Positions 9,504 to 21,190 of a DNA stretch of 64,000 nt are shown here, in pieces. The notes beneath the pieces were generated by a model. The model worked only from the letters and a program-made list of their open reading frames with translations, was not told where the DNA came from and did no database searches. Every line of letters starts with the position of its first letter. Within the stretch, counting starts at the first letter, position 1. Source of the DNA: Nitrosopumilus sp. (GTDB lineage Archaea; Thermoproteota; Nitrososphaeria; Nitrososphaerales; Nitrosopumilaceae). A program made the position numbers and the translations under genes. The DNA is taken from positions 1,056,001 through 1,120,000 of the forward strand of contig CBDBLO010000002.1 of NCBI GenBank assembly GCA_965207075.1, given 5' to 3'.

Positions 9504-10610
9504 TCACGGCTTGAAGAAGCTGGTGATGTCGCTCTGCCCGCGCGCGTCTGAGAGCTCTGTTACCATGACCCCGAGCCTGCGCACCGACATGTTCGCACCC
9601 TGGGATTTCAGCGCCTCTGCAAGTAGGTACTCTGCGTTTTTTTGCAGCTCGTACGCGCTTGCGGTGGGACTCTTGAGAGTCCTTGACCTTGACATGACGC
9701 TGAGGTCGGACTTGACAAACTGGACTCCCACAACTTTGAACATCTGCCTGTTCTCCATTACTGTGCCGTGCACGTCCGAGCAGATCCTCGCCAGGCTCTC
9801 CTTTAGAAACTCGTACCTTCCGGAGTCCTCGCTCAGCGTGACTATGCGGCTGTACTGTATGCGGGGCGCCCTCTCCTTTACCGGCTCCTCGTCTACGCCC
9901 CTTGCCGCATTGTAGATGTACGTGCCGCTCTTCCTGCCGAACTCCTTTGTCAGCAGGAACAGGTCGGCGCCTTTCAGGTCCCTTATGGTTTTGAGGCCCA
10001 TTCTGGAAAGCCTCTGCTCTGTCTTTTTTCCGATTCCCGGTATCTTCACGATCTCAAGCGGCTCTAGGAACGCGTTCACACTGTCGGGCCTCACTATGGT
10101 GAGGCCGTCGGGTTTTTTGTAGTCCGATGCAATCTTTGAGATCATGCGGTTTGGCGATATGCCTATGGAGCACACTATCTTGGTCTTCGTCCTTACTGCA
10201 TTTTTGATCTGCTGGCCCAGCCTTGCGGCCGCATCAAAGCTGAATTCCGTCCTCGCGCCTACGTCAAGGTATGCCTCGTCGCGGCCGACATACTCGAAGA
10301 CGTCTGCAAACTTGGCGATCTCCTCCATGGACTCCTCGGAGACCTGGGAGTAGTACTTGAAATCGACCGGGATGAACTCCGCGCCGTCCGCACCTGCAAG
10401 CTTTCTCTTCGCAAAGGATATGGGCATTCCCGACTTTACGCCGTATTTTCTTGCAATATAGTTTGCAGTTGCTATGGCCCCGCTGTCACCCCCCCTGTCA
10501 GAATAGACGCAGACGCAAACGGGCCTCGTCTTCATGATGGGGTTTCGTATCTCCTCGCACTGGGCGTAAAAATAATCAAAGTCCACGTGCATGACTATCC
10601 GGCCTGACAT
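9504..10610 (-). CDS. dinB: Y-family DNA polymerase IV (DinB/Dpo4)
   Basis: HVDFDYFYAQCE, TANYIARKYGVKSGMP, GRDEAYLD, KIASDYKKPDG, IPGIGKKT. Confidence 0.95.
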   Translation of the reverse strand: MSGRIVMHVDFDYFYAQCEEIRNPIMKTRPVCVCVYSDRGGDSGAIATANYIARKYGVKSGMPISFAKRKLAGADGAEFIPVDFKYYSQVSEESMEEIAKFADVFEYVGRDEAYLDVGARTEFSFDAAARLGQQIKNAVRTKTKIVCSIGISPNRMISKIASDYKKPDGLTIVRPDSVNAFLEPLEIVKIPGIGKKTEQRLSRMGLKTIRDLKGADLFLLTKEFGRKSGTYIYNAARGVDEEPVKERAPRIQYSRIVTLSEDSGRYEFLKESLARICSDVHGTVMENRQMFKVVGVQFVKSDLSVMSRSRTLKSPTASAYELQKNAEYLLAEALKSQGANMSVRRLGVMVTELSDARGQSDITSFFKP

Positions 10611-10634
10611 GGGATTGTGACGCCGTGCCTGTTA

Positions 10635-11972
10635 TTATTTTTCTGGGAACTGTTGCGGATTCGGTGGGTCAGTCCAGGTCTCCCGCAGCTTTGGACGTTG
10701 TTTCTCCGCGTGGCCTTGCACGTGGGAACGCGCCGGTGCTTGGTTCTCGCACCCCCGCGAGGGGCCCCCAACAAAGCAGTTGAGGCGCGCGTCCAGTTCG
10801 CGTCTGACGAGGGCCGTTCCGGCCCCCCTGCCTGCCCCTGTGTGATCGGAGGGCGGCAGGCCGTTCCTTCCGATTACCACGGCCGCGTTGACGTCGGCCT
10901 GCTGAACGTAATGGCATTTAGTGCACCTGAACATGTCGCGCGTAACCCGTGACTTTGGATCCACGTGGGGGCAGCGGGCGCACGTCTGGGACGTACGGCG
11001 CGGATCCACCGTCATGATCCGGATGCCCGCGAGCTCGGCGCGGTTCCTGATCCTCTGTTCGATCATATGATGGCGGACGAATCGCATCTCGCGGTTCATG
11101 CCTTTCTTGTGCCGGCCTCCCTTGCGGGTCATCTTGCCAATCTTGAGGTCCTCCAGTGTAATGGTGTGTGGGTCGTGATCCGTGCAGATGTGCTTGGCCG
11201 CCACGCATTCGGCGTACGCGCGGCGGCTTGCAGCCCTTTGGAGCCGTCCGCGGATGCGGGCGTGGAGCCTGCGGAAGCGGTCGGAGTGCCTGTTCATTTT
11301 TGACGCCTTGGACTGCATCCTTTGGTGCCATTGGCGGTCTGCCCTGAAGGGCGAGACCGTATCGTAGGAGTCTGAGCTGGTGACCGTGCCGTCCGGGGGC
11401 ATGGTGGCGACGACCGTGGGCTCGACCGTGCCGCGGTCGATTCCCTTGACGGTCGGGTTCACCGGTATGTTCCACTGCGGGATTTTGACGCGGCAGGTCA
11501 CGTACAGCAGGTACGATTTGCCGTGCGGGGCGAACTCGTAGGAGCGCGGTTCGTGTTCCATTACCTGGTTGGGAATGTTGGCGCGCACCGCGCCGAATCT
11601 GGGAAGCCTGAGCGTGCAGGAATCCTCCACGCGGGGGGCCAAGGGGCATTTCAGCGACGTGTTGGGCGCGCGCCTCTTTGTGCGGTACCTGAGGCCGCCG
11701 CGGCCGTACCTCGCGGACAGCCTGCGGGCGGTAAGCGCGTCCCGTATGCCCGCGCGCTGGACGGCAACCGGGAGTGACCGAATCCAGTCATGCGCGCGGC
11801 GCATGACAGTGAGTTCCGCGTGAAGCCCGTACTCCGTAACCGGCTCGCCCGACCTTGCGCGCGAGACGGCCCAGTTGTACGCGTGGCGCTGTCCGTCTGT
11901 GAGCCTGCGGATCTCGGCCTTTTGGTCTGCCGCAAGGTGCACGGGGATGCGGTACTTGCGGTAAGTATACAT
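10635..11972 (-). CDS. tnpB: TnpB RNA-guided endonuclease (solo, no TnpA nearby)
   Basis: RuvC-I GIDRG, RuvC-II LEDL, Zn ribbon TSQTCARC...FRCTKC, RuvC-III QADVNAA. Start at ATG 11972 chosen from a TATA-like element ~25 nt upstream. Confidence 0.9.
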   Translation of the reverse strand: MYTYRKYRIPVHLAADQKAEIRRLTDGQRHAYNWAVSRARSGEPVTEYGLHAELTVMRRAHDWIRSLPVAVQRAGIRDALTARRLSARYGRGGLRYRTKRRAPNTSLKCPLAPRVEDSCTLRLPRFGAVRANIPNQVMEHEPRSYEFAPHGKSYLLYVTCRVKIPQWNIPVNPTVKGIDRGTVEPTVVATMPPDGTVTSSDSYDTVSPFRADRQWHQRMQSKASKMNRHSDRFRRLHARIRGRLQRAASRRAYAECVAAKHICTDHDPHTITLEDLKIGKMTRKGGRHKKGMNREMRFVRHHMIEQRIRNRAELAGIRIMTVDPRRTSQTCARCPHVDPKSRVTRDMFRCTKCHYVQQADVNAAVVIGRNGLPPSDHTGAGRGAGTALVRRELDARLNCFVGGPSRGCENQAPARSHVQGHAEKQRPKLRETWTDPPNPQQFPEK

Positions 11973-12315
11973 GCGCTTGGCGGGTGGCAAGTGGTTATAT
12001 TCGTTGTTGCGGGCTTCCGCCCGCCGTATTCGCAACAGCACCTTTTTCTGCATGTCTGGTGACCCTTGATGTGCAAACGTCACTGCCTGCATTGCAGGCT
12101 GGAGGCCGACTGAACCCCCGCCTACCCCCATACGCGACGTTTCTGATGCCCTCCCGTGATGTGGCGGCCTTCTTGGAGGCATTCATATCCGCGCCGTACT
12201 CTCGGGCGGCGGCGATGATGATCATAGGAGCGCGCATGCCTGCTAGCCCTCCTATAGGCGCATGTGGACGCAGTTATGCCGCGAGATTCAAATTTGCAGA
12301 GGTTTCACACACCTT

Positions 12316-12555
12316 ATGACATCCCCCGTCTATGCTAGTGAGACCGGAATAAAATTCCGACCTGAAGAGATGAAGCCGGAGCGGCTCTATCACTGTATCT
12401 TCAAAGGCAAGGCCATGCTGGTCTTTAAGGACTCGCAGGATGTGCTGAACTGCTATGAGATAGAGGATCTTGATCTTGTTGAGAAGATCTCCAAGTGTTC
12501 TGACGATGGGGAATTGGAGGCCCTCTTTGACGATTACTTGGCTGAACAAAGCTAA
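12316..12555 (+). CDS. Hypothetical protein
   Basis: MTSPVYASE...LYHCIFKGK...LNCYEIED; coding-like composition. Confidence 0.7.
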   Translation: MTSPVYASETGIKFRPEEMKPERLYHCIFKGKAMLVFKDSQDVLNCYEIEDLDLVEKISKCSDDGELEALFDDYLAEQS

Positions 12556-12598
12556 ATTGTTAAATAAAAGTTAATAGTGAGCATTATGGGAGCAGAGC

Positions 12599-14165
<1,567 letters not shown>

Positions 14166-14185
<20 letters not shown>

Positions 14186-14408
14186 TGTCTGGTATGCTGT
14201 CTTACTGGTTGCAGCGCTCGTCGCATCCATTGCTGTAATACTTGTACTCTCCGTCGATTCATGTGGATTGTCCCATATGGAGATTCTTCGGGGACTTGAC
14301 ACGTATCATGAAACCCTGGATCCGGAACTCTGCCTCGATCTTTTGAACGACATATACAGATTCAACGACATGTGCAGTCCCACAGTTGAGATTATCGACT
14401 GTGGGTGA
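14166..14408 (+). CDS. Small membrane-anchored Cys-containing hypothetical protein
   Basis: N-terminal hydrophobic helix, four Cys, ends EIIDCG; start uncertain. Confidence 0.55.
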
Positions 14409-14504
14409 TGCGCAGGGGCATACGACGCACCATGGGCGGCATCCTACAAATCCCCATGTCCTGCGATATGGTGGCATGCCACACCGCACACGGCCTGCGG
14501 ACTC

Positions 14505-15446
14505 CTACCTTTTCAGCCTTGCAAGCAGGGCCGCGTAAAGAAACGGCATGACTGTCGTGGCCTCCGCATGGAGCGTGGCCTGCCTTGCGTTCTGGGTCAC
14601 CTTTCCCCACGATATGGCCTCCCTGACCAGCGCGCCGCTCAGGCTCCCGTCAAACTCCTGGGCCGTGGTGATGTAAAGCGCATAGTCCAGCCCGTCCCTG
14701 TACTGGTTCCACCACATCGTGTGGTGCTTTGAGATGCCGCCCCCTATCATGAGGGCGCCCGACTTTTTGGCCTTGAATATGTGATCTGAGAGCCGGACCG
14801 AGTCGCCTATTACGTCGAGCCTAAAGTCCGGATGGCTCTGCGCAAACATCCAGATCTGGCTGCCCACCGCGCCGTCCATTATGCCGGGAACTACCACGTC
14901 GGTCCCGTTCTTGGCGGCCCAGTAAAGAAACGAGTCCTCGCCCAGATGCCGCCCTATCATCCTGCATATGTCCGACGTGGTCATGGTCCTCCGGCCGCTG
15001 TCGTACTCCTCTGTCAGGAACGCCTGCATCTTTTCCTCGATGAGCGGCCCGTAACTCTCAAGCGGCACGATCACGCTTCCGAGCCTGTGCATGTCCTCGC
15101 GCGCAAGCTCCGAGTCGTCCATGGTAAACGACCCCTCCCTGTATTCTGCAAAGTGCTTTGCAATGTCGTGGTCCAGCGCGCCGCATGTGGTCACCATCAC
15201 GTCAAACCAGCCGTTTCTTGCCATGTCCTTGATTATGCCGCGCAGCCCCGTGGATACCACGGCTCCCACAAACGAGCAGAACCTCAGGCATTCGCCATCC
15301 GATATCATTTCTGACATGATCTCCAGCCCGTCGTGCATGTTCTTTGCCTCAAACCCCCCGGAACGGGCCATCTCTGCAAACACCCCCTCTATGGTGGTGT
15401 CGCCGTCTATCGCAATGTCCCTGACCGGCCCGCCTGGCTCTGCCAT
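14505..15446 (-). CDS. dys: Deoxyhypusine synthase
   Basis: VSTGLRG, TTCGALDHD, IGGGISKHH, EFDGSLSGA...EAISWGK. Confidence 0.95.
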   Translation of the reverse strand: MAEPGGPVRDIAIDGDTTIEGVFAEMARSGGFEAKNMHDGLEIMSEMISDGECLRFCSFVGAVVSTGLRGIIKDMARNGWFDVMVTTCGALDHDIAKHFAEYREGSFTMDDSELAREDMHRLGSVIVPLESYGPLIEEKMQAFLTEEYDSGRRTMTTSDICRMIGRHLGEDSFLYWAAKNGTDVVVPGIMDGAVGSQIWMFAQSHPDFRLDVIGDSVRLSDHIFKAKKSGALMIGGGISKHHTMWWNQYRDGLDYALYITTAQEFDGSLSGALVREAISWGKVTQNARQATLHAEATTVMPFLYAALLARLKR

Positions 15447-15534
15447 GACTGCCACGTGCGCTGCGTGACTATAAATGATTCTTCGCGGCCCCATGCCAAG
15501 ACTTTAAACAAGCCTGATCCCCCACCATCCACAG

Positions 15535-16629
15535 ATGGCGGGGCGCATCAGGGTGGGACTGGTAGGCATAGGCAACTGCTTTTCGGGGCTGCTCCAGGGC
15601 ATAGAGTATTATTCGCAGAACCCGTCGCAGGAGGTCATAGGCATAATACACGACAAGCTGGCCGGATACGGCATACACGACATAGACTTTGTGTGCGGGT
15701 TTGACGTGGGCGAGAACAAGGTCGGCAAGACGATCAACGAGGCCATATACGAGTACCCCAACATGGTGGACTGGGTTCCGAGGGGGCAGATGCCAGACAC
15801 GGGCGCCATGGTCTACGAGAGCCCGGCGCTTGACGGCGTGGGGCTCTGGGTCGAGAACCGCGTCAAGCCAATAAAGTCTGCAAAGACCACCGAGCAGCTG
15901 GAGTCGGAGATAAAGGACGTCATAAGGGAGACCGGCACGGAGATAATAGTGTCGTACCTGCCCGTCGGCTCGGACAGGGCCACCGAGTTCTGGGCCCAGG
16001 TGTGCCTCGACGCCGGCGTCGCGTTTGTAAACTGCATACCCTCGTTCATCGCGTCCGACGCAAAGTGGGCCAAGAGGTTCGAGGAGAAGGGGGTGCCGTG
16101 CATAGGCGACGACATCAAGGGCCAGGTGGGCGCGACCATCGTCCACAGGACGCTTGCAAAGCTGTGCAACGATCGAGGCACGAAGATAGAGAAGACGTAC
16201 CAGATCAACGTGGGCGGAAACACCGACTTTCTCAACATGAAGGAGCAGGAACGGCTGGTCTCAAAGAGGATATCAAAGACTGAGAGCGTCCAGAGCCAGC
16301 TTGACAGGCGCCTGGACGACGACCAGATCTACGTGGGGCCGTCTGACTTCATACCGTTTCTGGGCAACACAAAGCTGATGTTTATGAGGATAGAGGGGAG
16401 GCAGTGGGCCAACATACCGTACAACATGGAGGTCCGGCTCGAGGTGGACGACAAGGCCAACTCGGCCGGTATAGTGATAGACGCGATACGGCTGGCGCGC
16501 ATCGCCCTTGACCGCGGCGTGGGGGGTCCGATAATACCCGCAAGCGCGTACCTGATGAAGCACCCGATACGGCAGATGTCCGACGTCAACGCAAAGGCCG
16601 AATGCGAGGCGTTCGTATCCCAAGGCTGA
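15535..16629 (+). CDS. ino1: myo-inositol-1-phosphate synthase
   Basis: VGIGNC, SYLPVGS, GDDIKGQVGATIVHR, NVGGNTDFLNM, SKRISKT, DKANSAG. Confidence 0.95.
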   Translation: MAGRIRVGLVGIGNCFSGLLQGIEYYSQNPSQEVIGIIHDKLAGYGIHDIDFVCGFDVGENKVGKTINEAIYEYPNMVDWVPRGQMPDTGAMVYESPALDGVGLWVENRVKPIKSAKTTEQLESEIKDVIRETGTEIIVSYLPVGSDRATEFWAQVCLDAGVAFVNCIPSFIASDAKWAKRFEEKGVPCIGDDIKGQVGATIVHRTLAKLCNDRGTKIEKTYQINVGGNTDFLNMKEQERLVSKRISKTESVQSQLDRRLDDDQIYVGPSDFIPFLGNTKLMFMRIEGRQWANIPYNMEVRLEVDDKANSAGIVIDAIRLARIALDRGVGGPIIPASAYLMKHPIRQMSDVNAKAECEAFVSQG

Positions 16630-16671
16630 CCGGCCCGCGGTGCCGGGACCGCCCTAGGCCCGCCGCGTTGT

Positions 16672-17433
16672 TTACTGAAACGGGTTCTCGTCGGCATACC
16701 TTGCCGCCCTCCGCCGCTCGTACGCCCCCGGCTCCACCTGCATGACTGCATACGACTGGCCGTCTGCCAGCCGCGTCACGCTGGTGTTTACAACGCCGTC
16801 GCCCATCTCGAGGTCCACTGCCATGCTGCCGCCGCCGAACCTGCCGCCGGACACGTTGGCGGCCACTATGGGAATCCTGTTCTCCAGCGCCCTGACCTGC
16901 ACGTACATGCCCCACGGCGCAACGCCCCTGGAGACTATCCTTGAGGGGGAGCATATGACCTGCGCCCCCTTTCTGGCAAGCGTGCGTGCGACGGGGGCAA
17001 AGACCATGTCGTGGCACACGATTATGCCGAACCTGACGCCCTTTGCCTCGAATACGAGGGCCGCCGACCCGGGGCTGACTGAGTCGCGCTCGTATGAGAA
17101 CGGGTGTATCTTCTCCTGCATCCCTGCAATACCCCCGTCTGCCGATATGACGGGCGCCGCTATTACGGTCCTGCGCGCCCCGTCCGCGCCTGCGCGCGTC
17201 CTGTGGTAAAAGGCGCCCGGAATCACGCACATCGAATACTCCCTGGCTATGCGGCCAAACTCTGCGAACCTGGCGCCGAAGTCGTCTACGACGTTGTCTG
17301 AGAGCCACTGCTCGGGCAGGCACACGATGTCTGCCTCCTGCCTGCCCACCTCCGCGAGCAGCCGCGACGCCTCGGCGATCGCCTGGTCGTCGCTCCCGTA
17401 CGGCACGGTCTGGATTACTCCCAGCTTGGCCAT
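16672..17433 (-). CDS. Carbon-nitrogen hydrolase (nitrilase superfamily)
   Basis: Catalytic triad contexts LPEQW, QEKIHP, IVCHD; RALEN. Confidence 0.9.
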   Translation of the reverse strand: MAKLGVIQTVPYGSDDQAIAEASRLLAEVGRQEADIVCLPEQWLSDNVVDDFGARFAEFGRIAREYSMCVIPGAFYHRTRAGADGARRTVIAAPVISADGGIAGMQEKIHPFSYERDSVSPGSAALVFEAKGVRFGIIVCHDMVFAPVARTLARKGAQVICSPSRIVSRGVAPWGMYVQVRALENRIPIVAANVSGGRFGGGSMAVDLEMGDGVVNTSVTRLADGQSYAVMQVEPGAYERRRAARYADENPFQ

Positions 17434-17551
17434 GCTGCCCCCCGGATGCGGCGTGTTAAAAACGAGCCCATTTGGACAAAAAAAGTGTGCAAATTTGTCA
17501 AGCAAATCCATCGTTATGTTATTTATTCAGGTGCCGTCAGCAGTACATCAT

Positions 17552-20500
17552 ATGGTTCATATAAAAAAGGTGGAGATATTTGGCTTCAAGTCGTTCGGAT
17601 TCAGGAATACCGTGGTCAGCCTCGACCCCGGACTGGTCTCGATCTCCGGCCCCAACGGCTCGGGCAAGAGCAACATACTGGACGCCATAATATTTGCCAC
17701 CGGCGAGACGCGCCCGACCATGATGAGGGTGCAAAAGATGCAGCAGCTGCTCCACGACGTGGACGGCAGCAGCAGCAACGGAGGCCGCGGCCCCCGGCGG
17801 GGCACGCGCATGGCCCGAGTGGCGCTCCACTTTGACAACTCCGACCGGATCATCCCCGTCGCGTCAGACTCGGTGGTAGTCACAAGGGAGCTTGACGAGG
17901 GCGGCGAGCAGACCTACTACCTCAACAACAAAAAGGACAGCCGCGCCCACATCACGGACATCCTGGACGTGGCCAGGGCGGGCCCGGGGCCCAGGCAGCT
18001 CAACGTGGTGCAGCAGGGCACCGTAACGCGCATATCCGAGTACACCCCGACTGAAAAGCGCAACATAATCGAGGATCTGATCGGCATATCGTCGTTTGAT
18101 GAAAAGGCGGCCAACGCGCGCGACGAGCTTGACAAGGCCGACCGCACGCTGGAGGTCTCGCTTGCCCGCATGAACGAGGTCAAGAAGCGCATAGACGAGC
18201 TGGAGGTGGACCGCAACCTCAAGATGCGCTGCGACATAATACGGGACGACCTGACAAGGTACCGCGCCGTCGACGCCGCCGCAAGACTCGAGCTCGTCGA
18301 GGGCCAGCGCGCCTCGATGCTCTCGGAACTGAACGAGGCCAAGGCCGGCATCGCGGCGCTCTCGGAGCTACGCGACGGGCTCCTGTCTGAGATCGGGTCA
18401 GTCGAGGAAGAGCGCTCCGAGATAATGGAGGCCGAGAGTGCCTACCGGACGGAAAAGGCGCACCTCGAGTCCCAGATAAGCTCCTCGATGCGGGCATACG
18501 AGGAGGCCAGGACCAAGAGGTCGATTGCAGAGAACCGGCAGGCCCAGATAGGGCGGCGCCTGGGGGAGATCAAGGTCGAGTCGGCCAACATCTCCAAGTC
18601 GCGAAACTACACCGACATGCAGGTGAGGGAGGCGGAGGGGCAGCTTGCCGAGGCCGAGTCTGCGCGCGAGGCCGTCCGCAAGGAACTCGAGCGGACCGAC
18701 TCGGAGATACGAGGCATACTCCAGAGGCAGTCCGATGCCGCCGCCCGGCGCAGCGAGCTTGACGACAAGATAAAGCGGCTCGGGGCCGAAAAGGAGGGCC
18801 TGGTCTATGAAAAGATGGGGCTGGAGCACAGGCGCGACTCGTGCCTTGAAAAGATGGAGCAGTACGGCAGGCAGCTGACCGAGATGCGGGAGCTGGTGGG
18901 CAGGCTGCAGGACCAGTCCCTGCACCTGAAGCGCATAATGGCCAACAGCCGCGACACGGTATCCAAGCTCGAGTCGCGCATGCGGGAGCTCGGGGAGAAG
19001 AGGGAGAAGGCCATATCTGACAGGGAGGACCTGGAGTTCGTGCTTGAGAGGTCAAGCAGCGCGGCGACAAAGTACGCGTCAAAGATAAAGACCGTAAAGG
19101 GGTTCATGCACGAGGACTACTCGACTGCAAAGCTGCTGGAGAATGCCGGCCAGCTGGGCATAAGGGGGCTCGTGTACGAGATGATGTCGTGGGATCCGGA
19201 GTACGAGAGGCCCATAATGGCGGCCAGTACGGACTGGATAAAGGCAGTCGTGGTGGACGACTTTGCCACGCTCTTTGCGATATCCGAGTCGGCGCGCGTG
19301 CAGAAGCTGCCAAAGTTCAGGATCCTCCCATTAGAGGCCCTCTCGAGCCTGGGACCTGACGACGCCCGCCCCCCCTGCGCCGTCGACGGCGTAAGGACGC
19401 TTGGGACGCTTGCAGGCCACGTGCGGTGCAGCCCGGAGCACGAGCCCCTCAGGGAGTTCCTGTTCGGGGGCGTGGTGCTGGTGCGCGACCGGGACTCTGC
19501 CATATCGGTCTCCAGGTCGGGACACAGGGCGGTTACCATGTCCGGCGAGTACTTTGAGCCCCGCAGCGGGACGGTTACCGTCGACACCGGCTCCAAGATA
19601 TCGCGCATAACAAAGCTTATCTCGATGAGCAGCGACGTGGACGGGCTGTTCAAGCTGATATCTGTGGTCAAGCGCTACATACGCAGAAAAAAACAGGTTG
19701 AAAAAAAGACAGCCGAGTCCATGTCCGTGCACGCAGAGCGCCTCAAGGTGTCGCAGGGGCGCGTAGACTCGGCGGGGCAGAGCCTCCAGTATGTGGAGTC
19801 GAGGCTGGGTTCCGCAAAGGAGGCGGCCGAGCGCCTGCCGGGCAGGCTTGACAAACTGCGGGCCGAGTCCGACGCGGCGGACGCCGAGATCACCTCCCTG
19901 CTCTCCCGGATAGAGAGCATACAAAACGAGATAAACCTTGCAAGCGCCAAGCACATGTCCAGCGAGCAGATGCAGATCGCCGGCCTCCTGACTGCCGCAA
20001 ACTCCAAAAAGGCCGAGCTGGAGGCGCGCCGGACCGAGGCCACCACCGCGTACAGCCGGATACACTCGGAGCTTTCAGAGTCCCGCTCCACTGCCGGCAG
20101 CCTCGCGTCACAGGACGACGGGCTCCGCGCGGAGGCCGAGTCCCTCGGTTCGGAGATGGACTCGCTTGAGAGGACGATAGAGGAGACGTCCGCGGTGGAG
20201 GGCCCGCTCTCCGACGAGCTTACCAAGCTCAGGCAGAAGGAGCAGGAGATGATAATGAATTCCGGCTCCTCGATGGACGTGATAAAGGAGCATGACGACA
20301 AGCTAAGCGGATTGCGCAAAGAAGAGAGATCCCACTCCACGCAGATCAACGGCCTTGAGAGAAAGGCAGACAAGCTGGAGTCCGACCTCTCCGCCCTGGT
20401 GATGAAGGCCGGACAGCTGCGGCAGGTGGCCGAGGCCTGGACGGGAGAAGAGGAGGGATCCCACGCACATGCGGCGTCCGCGCGCGGCGGCGACGCCTCT

Positions 20501-21190
20501 GTCTATGACGGCGGCAGCGCGTTCGACGTGGGGCAGATAATAAGCGAACTTGAGGCCGAACTCGGGTCGGTTGCGGAGTTTGACGCGGGCGCCCCGTCAA
20601 AGTATGCAGAGATCACGCAGGGTTACAAGATGCAGTCGGTGCGCAAGAACTCGCTGGAGTCTGAGCGCAACTCCATAGTCCGGTTCATAAACAAGATCGA
20701 GCGTGAAAAGCGGCAGACGTTCCTTGACGCGTTTGAGGTGGTGGACGGGGAGATACGCAGGGTCTTCAAGAAGATGACCGGAGGAGGCGCCTGGCTTGAA
20801 CTCCAGGACGAGGATGACATCTTCAGCTCTGGAATATCATACATGGCGCAGTTCCCAGACAAGCAGCCCCGCGAGTCCACGTCCATCAGCGGGGGCGAGA
20901 AGACCCTGGCCGCCGTCGTGTTTGTGCTGGGGCTGCAAAAGCTCCAGCCGGCGCCCTTCTACCTGTTTGACGAGGTCGACGCGCACCTGGACGCATCCAA
21001 CGCCGAGAGGCTCTCGAACATACTTGCCGAGCGCTCGCGCGACAGCCAGTTCGTGGTGGTGTCGCTAAAGGACTCCGTGGTCGAAAAGGCGGGGCTCGTG
21101 TACGGGGTGTTTCCCAAGGGCGGCGTCTCACACGTCGTAACGTACAAGGACCGCCGCTTCATGTCGCCGGTGATAAAGCCGAAGCGGTAG
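17552..21190 (+). CDS. smc: Chromosome segregation protein SMC
   Basis: GFKSF, Walker A GPNGSGKSN, coiled coils, hinge, ISGGEK, FDEVDAHLD; start MVHIKK at 17552. Confidence 0.95.
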   Translation: MVHIKKVEIFGFKSFGFRNTVVSLDPGLVSISGPNGSGKSNILDAIIFATGETRPTMMRVQKMQQLLHDVDGSSSNGGRGPRRGTRMARVALHFDNSDRIIPVASDSVVVTRELDEGGEQTYYLNNKKDSRAHITDILDVARAGPGPRQLNVVQQGTVTRISEYTPTEKRNIIEDLIGISSFDEKAANARDELDKADRTLEVSLARMNEVKKRIDELEVDRNLKMRCDIIRDDLTRYRAVDAAARLELVEGQRASMLSELNEAKAGIAALSELRDGLLSEIGSVEEERSEIMEAESAYRTEKAHLESQISSSMRAYEEARTKRSIAENRQAQIGRRLGEIKVESANISKSRNYTDMQVREAEGQLAEAESAREAVRKELERTDSEIRGILQRQSDAAARRSELDDKIKRLGAEKEGLVYEKMGLEHRRDSCLEKMEQYGRQLTEMRELVGRLQDQSLHLKRIMANSRDTVSKLESRMRELGEKREKAISDREDLEFVLERSSSAATKYASKIKTVKGFMHEDYSTAKLLENAGQLGIRGLVYEMMSWDPEYERPIMAASTDWIKAVVVDDFATLFAISESARVQKLPKFRILPLEALSSLGPDDARPPCAVDGVRTLGTLAGHVRCSPEHEPLREFLFGGVVLVRDRDSAISVSRSGHRAVTMSGEYFEPRSGTVTVDTGSKISRITKLISMSSDVDGLFKLISVVKRYIRRKKQVEKKTAESMSVHAERLKVSQGRVDSAGQSLQYVESRLGSAKEAAERLPGRLDKLRAESDAADAEITSLLSRIESIQNEINLASAKHMSSEQMQIAGLLTAANSKKAELEARRTEATTAYSRIHSELSESRSTAGSLASQDDGLRAEAESLGSEMDSLERTIEETSAVEGPLSDELTKLRQKEQEMIMNSGSSMDVIKEHDDKLSGLRKEERSHSTQINGLERKADKLESDLSALVMKAGQLRQVAEAWTGEEEGSHAHAASARGGDASVYDGGSAFDVGQIISELEAELGSVAEFDAGAPSKYAEITQGYKMQSVRKNSLESERNSIVRFINKIEREKRQTFLDAFEVVDGEIRRVFKKMTGGGAWLELQDEDDIFSSGISYMAQFPDKQPRESTSISGGEKTLAAVVFVLGLQKLQPAPFYLFDEVDAHLDASNAERLSNILAERSRDSQFVVVSLKDSVVEKAGLVYGVFPKGGVSHVVTYKDRRFMSPVIKPKR

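Noticed and set aside
10635-12182. Cas12f-type CRISPR effector or nuclease-dead TldR
   Set aside because: No CRISPR array nearby, and all three RuvC acidic residues are present.
17249-17551. N-terminal extensions given by the ORF track for SMC (also egtD, PHP, trxB, cofE)
   Set aside because: They overlap neighbouring genes or promoters; internal starts fit family N-termini better.
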